Source: an uncultured Erysipelotrichaceae bacterium (lineage in GTDB: Bacteria; Bacillota_I; Bacilli_A; RFN20; CAG-449). Taken from it: 52,975 nucleotides of DNA. The notes beneath the pieces are model-generated. The model did no database searches and was not told the DNA's origin. It saw nothing but the letters and a program-made list of their open reading frames with translations. Location: assembly GCA_964456095.1 (NCBI GenBank), contig CAYVZF010000001.1, positions 4,889-57,863 of the forward strand, given 5' to 3'. The position numbers and the translations under genes are program-made. Positions 26,764-36,113 of this stretch are shown here, piece by piece (within the stretch, counting starts at the first letter, position 1; every line of letters begins with the position of its first letter).

Positions 26764-27309
26764 ATGAAAAAACAAAACAAAAAGAAAATATATGTTGTCG
26801 TTACTCAAACAGGAACAATATTATCGAGAATATTAAAATGTATCACTCATAACAAATACAATCACGCTTCAATCGCACTAGATGAAAATCTTAATGAAAT
26901 GTATTCATTTGGTAGAAAGCAAGCTTATAATCCTTTTTGGGGTGGATTTGTTAGAGAATCGCCAAAGTTCGGCACTTTCAAAAGATTTAAAAAAACAATT
27001 TCTAAAATTATAGAATTTGAAATAGATGAAGAAAAATATAATTATATAAAAGAAAAATTACATAGTATGAATGAAAACAACAGCCAATACCATTACAATT
27101 ATAAAGGCTTATTTGTTGCATGGTTTGGAAAAAAACTAACAAGGAAAAACTATTATTATTGTTCTGAATTTGTAAGAGAAATCGTTTTAGATGGTGATGT
27201 TGTACCAGATGATTTCTTTGGTAATATCACTCAACCAATTGATTTTTTAAAAATTCCAAATTCTAAAATCATTTATACAGGAATTTTAAAAGATTTTGCT
27301 AAATGTTAA
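26764..27309 (+). CDS. YiiX/YaeF-like permuted papain-fold (NlpC/P60 superfamily) hydrolase
   Basis: 181 aa from ATG 26764 (the ORF track starts at GTG 26755). His-before-Cys arrangement: KYNHASIAL ... YYYCSEFVREI, resembling the C92 family signature SHVGI ... YCSELV. Confidence 0.45.
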   Translation: MKKQNKKKIYVVVTQTGTILSRILKCITHNKYNHASIALDENLNEMYSFGRKQAYNPFWGGFVRESPKFGTFKRFKKTISKIIEFEIDEEKYNYIKEKLHSMNENNSQYHYNYKGLFVAWFGKKLTRKNYYYCSEFVREIVLDGDVVPDDFFGNITQPIDFLKIPNSKIIYTGILKDFAKC

Positions 27310-27354
27310 AAAAATCATATTTTGTAGAAGACTCTACTTAATATGATTTTTTTA

Positions 27355-29556
27355 TTAATATACTATTTTAATCGCCGCAATAGACATTCCTTTACTTGAG
27401 CTACATACATAATATGAGCCAGCATCTAAAGATGTTTTTAGTTCAGTTTGTTTTGTAATCGGATCAAATGAATATTCACTAGAACCTTTAATAACTATCG
27501 TTCTTTCATCAGAAGTATTATTACTTTTTGCATAAATATATACTTTCGCAGACTTAGTTAAAGTAAATTTAATTGAACGACTACTTTCATTTCCTGCACC
27601 ACCTAAATCAACTACTTGCGTATAAGATGAGTCAAATGATTTAAAACTATCATCTTCTTTAATACTAATTGTTTTCTCGCTTGTCGCAGTTATTTCAAAA
27701 ATACCATGTTTTATATTTGAACTAATTTCACTTTCAACTTGTAAATCCGCGGCATTAAATAAAATCGTATCACCAACATTACTAGTTTCGCTATTTTTGC
27801 TTTCTGATGAAATATATTCACTATAATTTTCACTACTATTTATCGAGCTATTTAATTCATTATCATCTTTTGATGTGCTAACTGATAAAGGACTATTTTT
27901 ACATATGCCAGCATATTTTACGCAGTCAATTTTAGCTTGTTCTGCAGAAGTAAGGTAAGTAACATCTGTTACTTTATTAACTGAATCATAATAGAAATAT
28001 GATGAATCTGTATCAAATTTTGTATTAAATGAATTTGAGTTTGAAACATTTTTTGTTCTATCAGTTACTTCTGTACCATTGTTGGTCCCAGAACAATATT
28101 TAAATTTATTATTAAATGACTTAACAACTGCATTAGATTGAGTAACTATTGGATTGGAAGTACTTTCAAAATAATTATATTCAGAAAGAACATATGCGTT
28201 TGCTCTTATCGACATCGCGGTACCTGATATTTTATAATAGTAATTATTATACATATGCATATTTGCTTGTCTACCTAAAGGTAAACGAGATTTACAACCA
28301 TTATAATAATTATGATGGAAAGTTATTTTATTTGATAATTGAGAATCTCCTCCACCAACAAGACCTGTTTTATGACAATTATTATAATTATTATATGAAA
28401 TAGTAACATTTGAACATTGTTTCATATCTGTTGCACCATCACCATTTCCTTTATCTTGTTCAGGAGTTCTATCTAAATAATTTTTACCAGCATTAAATAC
28501 ATTGTTATGAATCCAAATATATTGGGTACCTTGTGTATCGCTGCTTTTATCAAATGATGATCCTTCAATCGCACATGCATCTTCTGGATAATCAGTAAAT
28601 GTTAAGTTTCTTACTTCAACATATTTACTATTTTTAATTGACATACCCCATTGGAATATTTCTGCATCTTCTCCTACACCTTCAATAGTAAGACCACCAG
28701 TTGAATTAGAGAAAAAACACATATTCCAATAAGAATTATCACCATCATCTTTATTAGATAAATTATTTATATCAGTAATACCTAATGCATCATCTCTAGT
28801 ATATGTCTTTTTATCTTGATCATAGCTTCTAGTAGAAATTCTACCTATTATTCTAATAATTAATGTTTTTGATTTAACACCATTTAAAATATTAACTATT
28901 CCTGTCTTACCATTATATGTAACTGTATTTTTTGTTTTGTCAGTTACATAAATAATATCTGCATTAGATTTAGGTGTACCATCATTGTTATATGCTCCAA
29001 CACCTTTAGAATTATTAAAGTGTGCATATCCAGATCTATCATAACTTGCAACACTAACATTATGCATTTCTATAACGCTATTTGAGGACGTTGTTACTTT
29101 AACATCATATAATCCCGATGCTATACCTAAAATATCAAATCTAGCTGTTTTATTATCTGAAGATAAATTTCTTACAAGTTCTTTATCAATACTTATATAT
29201 TTAGACGTTCCTACTAATTTATAAGATACTGTTGCCTTACTTGCATTTGAATCAAGCCATTCACCATATATACCTTCTGCAACTGTACCATATTTAGTAA
29301 ACGCTTTATCAACACTAACTTTATTTTCTGATGAAACAATAGAAGATTCACTTGATGAGATTAATTCATCACTACTAATATCAGATTCCATTTCAGATGA
29401 GATAACATTTTCATCACTATTTGTACTATTAATAACACTATTTTCACTTTCTACACTATCAGCATAAGAAGACAGATTATCATTACTAGAAACCGTAATA
29501 TCGCATCCAATTAGCATAAAAGTCATAGCAATTAAACATAAATTTCTCTTTTTCAT
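27355..29556 (-). CDS. PL1-family pectate lyase lipoprotein with an extra C-terminal module
   Basis: Start placed at ATG 29554-29556 (MKKRNLCLIAMTFMLIGC lipobox) rather than the TTG at 29571. Ser-rich linker. Matches the PL1 signature (Ca-binding Asp residues and the catalytic Arg region): GDGATDMKQCSNVTISYNNYNNCHKTGLVGGGD...ITFHHNYYNGCKSRLPLGRQANMHMYNNYY. The last ~130 aa are an unassigned beta-rich module. Confidence 0.75.
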   Translation of the reverse strand: MKKRNLCLIAMTFMLIGCDITVSSNDNLSSYADSVESENSVINSTNSDENVISSEMESDISSDELISSSESSIVSSENKVSVDKAFTKYGTVAEGIYGEWLDSNASKATVSYKLVGTSKYISIDKELVRNLSSDNKTARFDILGIASGLYDVKVTTSSNSVIEMHNVSVASYDRSGYAHFNNSKGVGAYNNDGTPKSNADIIYVTDKTKNTVTYNGKTGIVNILNGVKSKTLIIRIIGRISTRSYDQDKKTYTRDDALGITDINNLSNKDDGDNSYWNMCFFSNSTGGLTIEGVGEDAEIFQWGMSIKNSKYVEVRNLTFTDYPEDACAIEGSSFDKSSDTQGTQYIWIHNNVFNAGKNYLDRTPEQDKGNGDGATDMKQCSNVTISYNNYNNCHKTGLVGGGDSQLSNKITFHHNYYNGCKSRLPLGRQANMHMYNNYYYKISGTAMSIRANAYVLSEYNYFESTSNPIVTQSNAVVKSFNNKFKYCSGTNNGTEVTDRTKNVSNSNSFNTKFDTDSSYFYYDSVNKVTDVTYLTSAEQAKIDCVKYAGICKNSPLSVSTSKDDNELNSSINSSENYSEYISSESKNSETSNVGDTILFNAADLQVESEISSNIKHGIFEITATSEKTISIKEDDSFKSFDSSYTQVVDLGGAGNESSRSIKFTLTKSAKVYIYAKSNNTSDERTIVIKGSSEYSFDPITKQTELKTSLDAGSYYVCSSSKGMSIAAIKIVY

Positions 29557-29665
29557 TTTAAAAAACCTCAATAAAAATTATACTATATATGATGTTATTA
29601 AACCAAATAAATCTTATTTATTTAATAACTATTTGTTTTAATAAATACATTGGAGGATTAATACT

Positions 29666-30877
29666 ATGAGCATTAAAAATAAATTTATCAAATATATTAA
29701 AATTGACACAATGAGCGATGAAAAGTCTTCATCATTTCCATCAACAGAATCTCAACTAGAATTTGGAAAAACATTAGTACAAGAATTACATAGTTATGGA
29801 ATAAATAATGCATATCAAGATGAATATGGCTACATATATGCAAGAATTGAAGGAGATAATTCTCTACCAAAAATAGGACTAATCGCTCACATGGATACTT
29901 CACCATCTTTAAAAGGTGGTAATTATGATGCAAGAATTATTAAAAATTATAAAGGGGAAAGAATCGATTTAAATAATAATTACTTTTTAGATACAAATAA
30001 ATTCCCATCATTAAAAAAACATATTGGACACGATTTAATTGTTACCGATGGTGATCATCTTTTAGGTGGTGACGATAAAGCAGGAGTAGCTATAATAATG
30101 GAATTATTAGAATTTTATATAAATAACCCTTCTATAAAGCACGCTCCTATCAGAATATGCTTTACTCCAGATGAAGAAATTGGTCAAGGTGCAAAATATT
30201 TTAGCACAACAAAAATGGATGCTGATATTGCATACACTTTAGATGGTTCTTCATATAATGATGTAAATTATGAAAACTTTAATGCAGCATCTGCTAAAAT
30301 AACAATAAATGGTGTTGGTGTCCATCCAGGAAGTGCCAAAGGAATAATGGTAAATGCATTATCTTTAGCATGTGAATTTAACTTTTTACTTCCAAAAGAT
30401 GAAGTACCCGAAAAAACAGAAGGGTATGAAGGTTTTTATCACTTAACAGATTTAAATGGTGATACAGAAAAAGCGGTTTTAGAATACATTTTACGTGATC
30501 ATGATATAGATAAATTAGATTTAAAAATAAAGAAAATTAAAGCAATCGCAGATGAAATACAAGAAAAATATCCAACATCTAAAGTCATAGTAGATATTAA
30601 AAATAGTTATAAAAACATGAAAACTTATTTTGATAAAGATAATAAAGCTGTAGAATTAATTAAAAATGCATACTTATCTCTAAATATTGAGCCTGTATTT
30701 ACTCCTATAAGAGGTGGAACTGATGGAGCAACAATAACATTTATGGGACTTCCTTGTCCTAACATTGGCGTAGGCGATTATAACTGTCATGGAAGATTTG
30801 AATATGTTTCTATAAATGAAATGGAAGAAGTATTTATGATAGTAAGAAATCTATTAGAAAATAAAGATTTGTATTAA
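29666..30877 (+). CDS. pepT: peptidase T (M20B tripeptidase)
   Basis: 403 aa. Motifs HMDTSP, GGDDKAG, TPDEEIGQGA and GGTDG. Confidence 0.9.
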   Translation: MSIKNKFIKYIKIDTMSDEKSSSFPSTESQLEFGKTLVQELHSYGINNAYQDEYGYIYARIEGDNSLPKIGLIAHMDTSPSLKGGNYDARIIKNYKGERIDLNNNYFLDTNKFPSLKKHIGHDLIVTDGDHLLGGDDKAGVAIIMELLEFYINNPSIKHAPIRICFTPDEEIGQGAKYFSTTKMDADIAYTLDGSSYNDVNYENFNAASAKITINGVGVHPGSAKGIMVNALSLACEFNFLLPKDEVPEKTEGYEGFYHLTDLNGDTEKAVLEYILRDHDIDKLDLKIKKIKAIADEIQEKYPTSKVIVDIKNSYKNMKTYFDKDNKAVELIKNAYLSLNIEPVFTPIRGGTDGATITFMGLPCPNIGVGDYNCHGRFEYVSINEMEEVFMIVRNLLENKDLY

Positions 30878-30880
30878 AAA

Positions 30881-31237
30881 TTAAATAATACTAGATTCTC
30901 CATTATTATTTACAGTTATTATTTTTGAGCCGTTTTCATCTTCTATAATAAGATGAACTGGTTTGTTATATAAATCGTAATAGTGATATGCGTAATTAAT
31001 ATAATATTCATTATTATGTGGATTTTTAAACATTATCATTAAATATATTGTATTGTTTTCCTCATGCCAAATTGATTCTTCAATTTCATCACTTAAATAC
31101 ATTGATGTTTCTTTTACATATAAGGAATTATTATTTGATTTATCGAAAACACTAATCCCAACAAAAGCGATTGTACATAATATAAAAATAAAACCAAACG
31201 CTGCGATAGATCCTATTATTTTTTTTAAAAATGACAT
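30881..31237 (-). CDS. hypothetical N-terminally membrane-anchored protein
   Basis: 118-aa ORF with one N-terminal TM segment (IIGSIAAFGFIFILCTIAFVGISVF). No recognisable motif. Confidence 0.4.
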   Translation of the reverse strand: MSFLKKIIGSIAAFGFIFILCTIAFVGISVFDKSNNNSLYVKETSMYLSDEIEESIWHEENNTIYLMIMFKNPHNNEYYINYAYHYYDLYNKPVHLIIEDENGSKIITVNNNGESSII

Positions 31238-31260
31238 ACTTTACCTCCAATAGTAGTATG

Positions 31261-31713
31261 TCATTTTCTTTTATTTTTAAAATAATTTGTTAATACTTTT
31301 GAGCATTCTTCTTCATTAATACCACCTATAATTATAGGATGATGGTTTAAATTCTTTTGTTCAAAAAGATTAAAAGAGGAACCAAGTGCACCACCTTTTT
31401 TATCATACGCACCAAAAACTACTTTTTTAATTCTTGATTGTAAAATTGCTCCCGCACACATAGGGCATGGTTCAAGAGTAACATACATTTCAATATTTTC
31501 TAATCTCCATGATTCTAATTTTTTACAAGCTTTATTTATCGCAAGTATTTCTGCATGCGCTAAAGCGGAATGTTTTGATTCTCTTAAATTATGTGTCTTT
31601 GCTATAACAACATCATTTAAAACAAGTACACAACCAACTGGTACTTCGTCTTTCTTTTCTGCTTTTTTTGCTTCTAATAAAGCTAATTTAATATACTTTT
31701 CATCTTTATTCAT
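31261..31713 (-). CDS. tadA: tRNA-specific adenosine deaminase
   Basis: 150 aa. Zinc deaminase motifs HAEILAI and PCPMCAGA. Confidence 0.9.
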   Translation of the reverse strand: MNKDEKYIKLALLEAKKAEKKDEVPVGCVLVLNDVVIAKTHNLRESKHSALAHAEILAINKACKKLESWRLENIEMYVTLEPCPMCAGAILQSRIKKVVFGAYDKKGGALGSSFNLFEQKNLNHHPIIIGGINEEECSKVLTNYFKNKRK

Positions 31714-31721
31714 AATAATAT

Positions 31722-31804
31722 AAAAACCACCTCACACCTAGAGATAAGCTTAAGGCTGCTATCTTCCGATCCTGACCTGGTTCACCTCTCTAAATCGAGA
31801 TGGC
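31722..31804 (-). ncRNA. ffs: small (4.5S-type) signal recognition particle RNA
   Basis: The minus-strand sequence GCCATCTCGATTTAGAGAGGTGAACCAGGTCAGGATCGGAAGATAGCAGCCTTAAGCTTATCTCTAGGTGTGAGGTGGTTTTT contains the conserved domain IV core CCAGGUCAGG..CGGAAG..AGCAGCC. The 5' and 3' ends pair (CCATCTC/GAGGTGG, TAGAGA/TCTCTA). Confidence 0.8.
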
Positions 31805-31810
31805 TTTTTT

Positions 31811-31837
31811 ATTATACATTATTTTATTTTTTTTCAA
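31811..31837 (-). promoter_or_regulatory. promoter of the SRP RNA
   Basis: On the minus strand: TTGAAA (31832-31837), a 15-nt spacer ending in TG, then TATAAT (31811-31816). A G at 31804 lies 7 nt downstream. Confidence 0.55.
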
Positions 31838-31841
31838 TATA

Positions 31842-31875
31842 AAAAGTTGTTATTTTGTATAATTTAACAACTTTT
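31842..31875 (-). terminator. intrinsic terminator after serS (hairpin is symmetric, possibly bidirectional)
   Basis: AAAAGTTGTTA / TAACAACTTTT is an 11-bp stem flanked by T-runs on both strands. It lies about 27 nt downstream of the serS stop. Confidence 0.6.
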
Positions 31876-31901
31876 TTTCTTAATCAGCTTAATTATCTAA
31901 T

Positions 31902-33185
31902 TTATTTTTTTATAGGTCTAATTACTTCTAGTCCACCCATAAATGGTCTTAATACTTCTGGAATAACTACACTTCCATCTTCTTGTTGATATTGTTCAAC
32001 AATAGCAGGAAAAATTCTACTTGTTGCTAAGCCTGAAGCATTTAATGTATGAACAAATTTTGTCTTTTTAGTTTCTTTGTCTCTATAACGAATCATACCT
32101 CTTCTTGCTTGATAATCTCTACCATTTGAAGCTGAAGATACTTCTTTATAAATACCCATTGACGGAATCCATACTTCAATATCATATGTTCTTGCCATTG
32201 AATGAGAGCAATCTCCCGCGGCTAATTTAGATAATTGATAATGAAGTCCTAATTTTTGAACTAATGATTCAGCTTTATTTACTAATTCTTCAAATGCTTT
32301 ATCACTACCTTCTTCAGTAGTATATTGAACCATTTCAACTTTATTAAATTGATATCCTCTTACCATACCTCTTTCTTCTGTTCTATAACTACCTGCTTCA
32401 CATCTATAGCAAGGTGTATAAGCAAAATACTTTTTAGGTAATTCATCTTCTGAAAGAATTTCATTTCTATGTAAATTTACAAGCGCGGTTTCTGCGGTTG
32501 GAAGCATAAATTTACGAGGTTCTTCGCCTTTTAACCAGAAAACATCTTTTTCAAATTTTGGAAATTGTCCCGCAGTTAAACCAGATTCATAATTTAATAG
32601 ATGTGGTGGTAAAATAAATGTATATCCATCACGTAAATGTTCTTGAATAAAGAAATTTAAAATAGCCCATTCAAGTTGAGCTCCTAGTCCTGTATAACAC
32701 CAAGTTCCCCTACCAGAAATTTTAGCTCCTCTTTCATAATCAATAAGACCTAATGATTCACATAATTCAACGTGATCTTTAGGTTTAAAATTAAATACAG
32801 GTTTTTCTTTATATACTTTAATTACTTTATTATTTTCTTTTCCTCCACCTAATAAATCATCATCTGGCATATTAGGTAAAGCCATAACAAAATCATTAAT
32901 TTCTTGTTCAATTGTTTTTAATTCAGCTTCTGCTTCGGCATTTTCTTTAGATATTTCTTTTACACGCGTAAAAATTGCATTAACATCTCCACCTTCTTTT
33001 TTCACAGTAGGAACTGATTTTGATAATTTATTTGCTTCTGCTTTTCCTCCTTCAACTTTTTGGATTAATTCTAATCTTCTATCCATTTTTTCTAATACAG
33101 GAGCAAAATCAACATCCCATCCTTTTTTTAATAATGAATCATGTACTCTTTTTGTTTCATTTCTAATTAAGTTTAAATCAATCAT
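31902..33185 (-). CDS. serS: seryl-tRNA synthetase
   Basis: 427 aa. N-terminal coiled-coil arm and class II core (FAYTPCYRCEAGS, NASGLATSR). Confidence 0.95.
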   Translation of the reverse strand: MIDLNLIRNETKRVHDSLLKKGWDVDFAPVLEKMDRRLELIQKVEGGKAEANKLSKSVPTVKKEGGDVNAIFTRVKEISKENAEAEAELKTIEQEINDFVMALPNMPDDDLLGGGKENNKVIKVYKEKPVFNFKPKDHVELCESLGLIDYERGAKISGRGTWCYTGLGAQLEWAILNFFIQEHLRDGYTFILPPHLLNYESGLTAGQFPKFEKDVFWLKGEEPRKFMLPTAETALVNLHRNEILSEDELPKKYFAYTPCYRCEAGSYRTEERGMVRGYQFNKVEMVQYTTEEGSDKAFEELVNKAESLVQKLGLHYQLSKLAAGDCSHSMARTYDIEVWIPSMGIYKEVSSASNGRDYQARRGMIRYRDKETKKTKFVHTLNASGLATSRIFPAIVEQYQQEDGSVVIPEVLRPFMGGLEVIRPIKK

Positions 33186-33202
33186 ATTCTCTTCCTTTCA
33201 AT

Positions 33203-33385
33203 AAAAAACGCCCTAAATTAATAGGACGGAAGTGACGTATTCCGCGGTGCCACCTATTTTGTGTTTGTTTAAACACCACCTTATTTTACTTTAACGCAGC
33301 AAACGAAAGGTTTCCCTTTATCTTCAAGGGTTGATTTCTATAAAAATAAATATTGATTTGCACCATCCATCAACTCTCTAAAAAA
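33203..33385 (-). promoter_or_regulatory. T-box leader (tRNA-sensing riboswitch) controlling serS
   Basis: On the minus strand, the AGAGAG / GGTGCAA stem I elements lie at about 33350-33379. The T-box sequence AGGTGGCACCGCGG is at 33242-33255. The terminator CGTCCTA-loop-TAGGGCG plus T6 is at 33203-33229, immediately upstream of the serS RBS. Confidence 0.8.
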
Positions 33386-33488
33386 TATTTAAATATACTT
33401 ATCCCTATCACTAGATTACTTGTATTCTATGAAAAACTAATTATTTTTTCAATAATCAATTAACTAAATTATTAAACACATATCATAT

Positions 33489-33522
33489 AAATATCGCCCA
33501 AAATATTTTTTGAGCGATATTT
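33489..33522 (-). terminator. intrinsic terminator after gyrA
   Basis: A long hairpin AATATCGCTCAAAA / TTTTGGGCGATATT (one G-U pair) lies 12 nt downstream of the gyrA stop and is followed by a T-rich tract. Confidence 0.6.
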
Positions 33523-33533
33523 ATTAATATTTT

Positions 33534-36107
33534 TTATTTATTTTCTTCGTTATTTATTACTTCTTCTAATGCTTCTTCTTCCTCTTCGACATGAGAAACT
33601 ACCGCAAAAGACGCAACCGCTTCTTTATCATTTATACGAATTATTTTAACACCTTGAGTATTTCTACCAGTGCGTGCTACTTGACTTAATGATGTTCTAA
33701 TAATTACACCTCCACGTGTTATTACTAAAATATCTTCATCGCCATTAACAGCTTTTGTTGCAATTAACTTACCAGTTTTTTCTGTAGCGTTAATTGTGTA
33801 TACTCCTTTTGCACCTCTACTTGTTAATCTATAATCTTCTCCAAGAGTCATTTTACCATAACCATGTTCTGTTATAGATAAAACATATTTACCTTCAAGA
33901 GATGTAGTAATTGATACAGCATTTTCATTATCTTTTAATGATATTCCTCTTACACCAGTCGCACTACGTCCCATTATACGTACATCGCTTTCTTTAAAGC
34001 AAACTTGTTTTCCATTATCTGCAGCTATACAAATTAAAGCATCGCCATTAGTCTTTTTAACACCTATTAAAAAATCATCGTCTCTTAAAACTATTGCTTT
34101 TTTACCATTTTGTCTTATAGACTCAAATTCTAATATAGATGTTCTTTTAACTGTACCATCTTTAGTAGCAAAGAATAGATAATTATTTTCTTTATATTCA
34201 TCAACAGGGATAATAGCTAATACTTTTTCACCTTTTTCTAAATTTATTAAATTTTGAATAGGTGTTCCTTTACCAGTTCTAGCAAATTCAGGTATTTGAT
34301 ATCCTCTTAATCTATATACTTTTCCTAAATCAGAAAAGAATAATAAATCAATATGTGTTGATGTATTTAAAACAAGATCAACAAAATCATCATCGTGTGT
34401 TTTCATACCAGTGATACCACGACCACCTCTATTTTGTGTCTTAAATGTATTTGATGTAACTCTTTTAATATAACCATTTCTTGTTAGTGTAACAACTATA
34501 TCTTCTACTGGAATTAAATCTTCATCATCAATTGATGCGTCAGCCATAGAAATGTTTGTTCTTCTATCATCACCATATTTTGTTTTTACTTCTTCTAATT
34601 CATTTATAACAATTTCAACAACATGACTATGGTCTGATAAAATAGAACGATAATATTCGATATTACTTCTTAAAACAGAAGCTTCTTTTTCAATCTTTTC
34701 TTTTTCTAATCCAACAAGTCTAGATAAAGTCATATCAAGTATCGCTTTTGCTTGAATATCATCTATTTGGAATGTTTCTATTAATCTATTTCTTGCTTCT
34801 TCATTAGTTTTTGAAGCACGAATAATTGATACAGCTAAATCTATTTTATCAATTGCAGTTAATAATCCTTCAAGTATATGTAGCCTATCTGAATCTTTCT
34901 TTAAATCAAATCTTGTTCTTCTTTCTACAACTTCACATTGGAATTCAACATATTTTCTTAATACTTCATTTATTGGAAGAATTCTTGGTTCTCCATCTAC
35001 AAGAGATAGCATTATAATTCCATATGAAACTTGCAATTGAGTATTTTTAAATAATTTATTTAATATAACTTCTGCAACACAATCTTTTCTAATTTCAATA
35101 ACTACTCTAATACCTTTTTTATTAGATTCATCTCTAACCGCGGTTATTCCATCTATTACTTTTTCTCTTGCTAATCTACCAATATCTTCGCACATTTTTG
35201 CTTTATTAACTTGATATGGTATTTCAGAAACAATAATCCTTTTCTTGCCATTAGACATTTCTTCTATTTCTGTTTTAGAACGTAAAATAATAGATCCTTG
35301 TCCTGTTTCATATGCTTGTCTTATTCCTGATTTGCCTAATATAATACCACCTGTTGGAAAATCAGGACCGAATAAATAATTATCCATAATTTCTGTCGGC
35401 GTTAATTCAGGGTTTCTTGCTATTGCTTGACAAGCATTTATTGCTTCTACAAGATTATGAGGTGGTACATTAGTTGCCATACCTACCGCAATACCTGAAG
35501 AACCATTTACTAAGAAATTAGGAAATCTAGAAGGAAGAACAACTGGTTCTTGTTCAAGTCCATCATAGTTATCCATAAAATCAACTGTATCTTTGTTAAT
35601 ATCTCTAACCATTTCAGAAGCAATTTTTGACATTCTTGCTTCTGTATATCTCATTGCCGCAGCTCCATCACCATCGATAGAGCCAAAGTTACCATGTCCA
35701 TCTACTAACGTATAACGAATTGAGAAAGGTTGAGCAAGTCTAACAAGCGCACCATAAATTGCTGCATCACCATGAGGGTGATATTTACCCATAACATCAC
35801 CAACAATACGAGCACATTTTTTAAATGGTTTATCATGTTGACTACCACCTTCATTCATACCAAATACGATTCTTCTATGAACTGGTTTTAATCCATCTCT
35901 AACATCTGGAAGCGCACGAGATACAATTACAGACATAGCATATGCTAAGAATGAATCTTTAATTTCTTGAACCATATCTTGTTCAGTTAATTGAGGAACA
36001 ATTCCTGATTCAATTTCTTCAATTTCAGAATTTTCTTCGTCGTTTATTTCTTCATCTAATTCATCTAATTCTTCATTAAATTCTAATTCGTCAGCCATTT
36101 CTTGCAC
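33534..36107 (-). CDS. gyrA: DNA gyrase subunit A
   Basis: 857 aa. Active-site region [10 protein letters not shown] and C-terminal beta-pinwheel repeats. Confidence 0.97.
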   Translation of the reverse strand: MQEMADELEFNEELDELDEEINDEENSEIEEIESGIVPQLTEQDMVQEIKDSFLAYAMSVIVSRALPDVRDGLKPVHRRIVFGMNEGGSQHDKPFKKCARIVGDVMGKYHPHGDAAIYGALVRLAQPFSIRYTLVDGHGNFGSIDGDGAAAMRYTEARMSKIASEMVRDINKDTVDFMDNYDGLEQEPVVLPSRFPNFLVNGSSGIAVGMATNVPPHNLVEAINACQAIARNPELTPTEIMDNYLFGPDFPTGGIILGKSGIRQAYETGQGSIILRSKTEIEEMSNGKKRIIVSEIPYQVNKAKMCEDIGRLAREKVIDGITAVRDESNKKGIRVVIEIRKDCVAEVILNKLFKNTQLQVSYGIIMLSLVDGEPRILPINEVLRKYVEFQCEVVERRTRFDLKKDSDRLHILEGLLTAIDKIDLAVSIIRASKTNEEARNRLIETFQIDDIQAKAILDMTLSRLVGLEKEKIEKEASVLRSNIEYYRSILSDHSHVVEIVINELEEVKTKYGDDRRTNISMADASIDDEDLIPVEDIVVTLTRNGYIKRVTSNTFKTQNRGGRGITGMKTHDDDFVDLVLNTSTHIDLLFFSDLGKVYRLRGYQIPEFARTGKGTPIQNLINLEKGEKVLAIIPVDEYKENNYLFFATKDGTVKRTSILEFESIRQNGKKAIVLRDDDFLIGVKKTNGDALICIAADNGKQVCFKESDVRIMGRSATGVRGISLKDNENAVSITTSLEGKYVLSITEHGYGKMTLGEDYRLTSRGAKGVYTINATEKTGKLIATKAVNGDEDILVITRGGVIIRTSLSQVARTGRNTQGVKIIRINDKEAVASFAVVSHVEEEEEALEEVINNEENK

Positions 36108-36113
36108 CTCCTA

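Noticed and set aside
28149-28403. 84-aa ORF on the plus strand
   Set aside because: It is antisense inside the PL1 core. Its Tyr/Asn-rich translation mirrors the NNYY-rich sense strand.
29697-29933. 78-aa ORF on the minus strand
   Set aside because: It is antisense inside pepT, which has unambiguous M20 motifs.
31053-31253. 66-aa ORF on the plus strand
   Set aside because: It is antisense to the 30881-31237 ORF. Neither ORF has motifs. I kept the longer one, which has a clean N-terminal TM segment, though with low confidence.
34826-35017. 63-aa ORF on the plus strand
   Set aside because: It is antisense inside gyrA.
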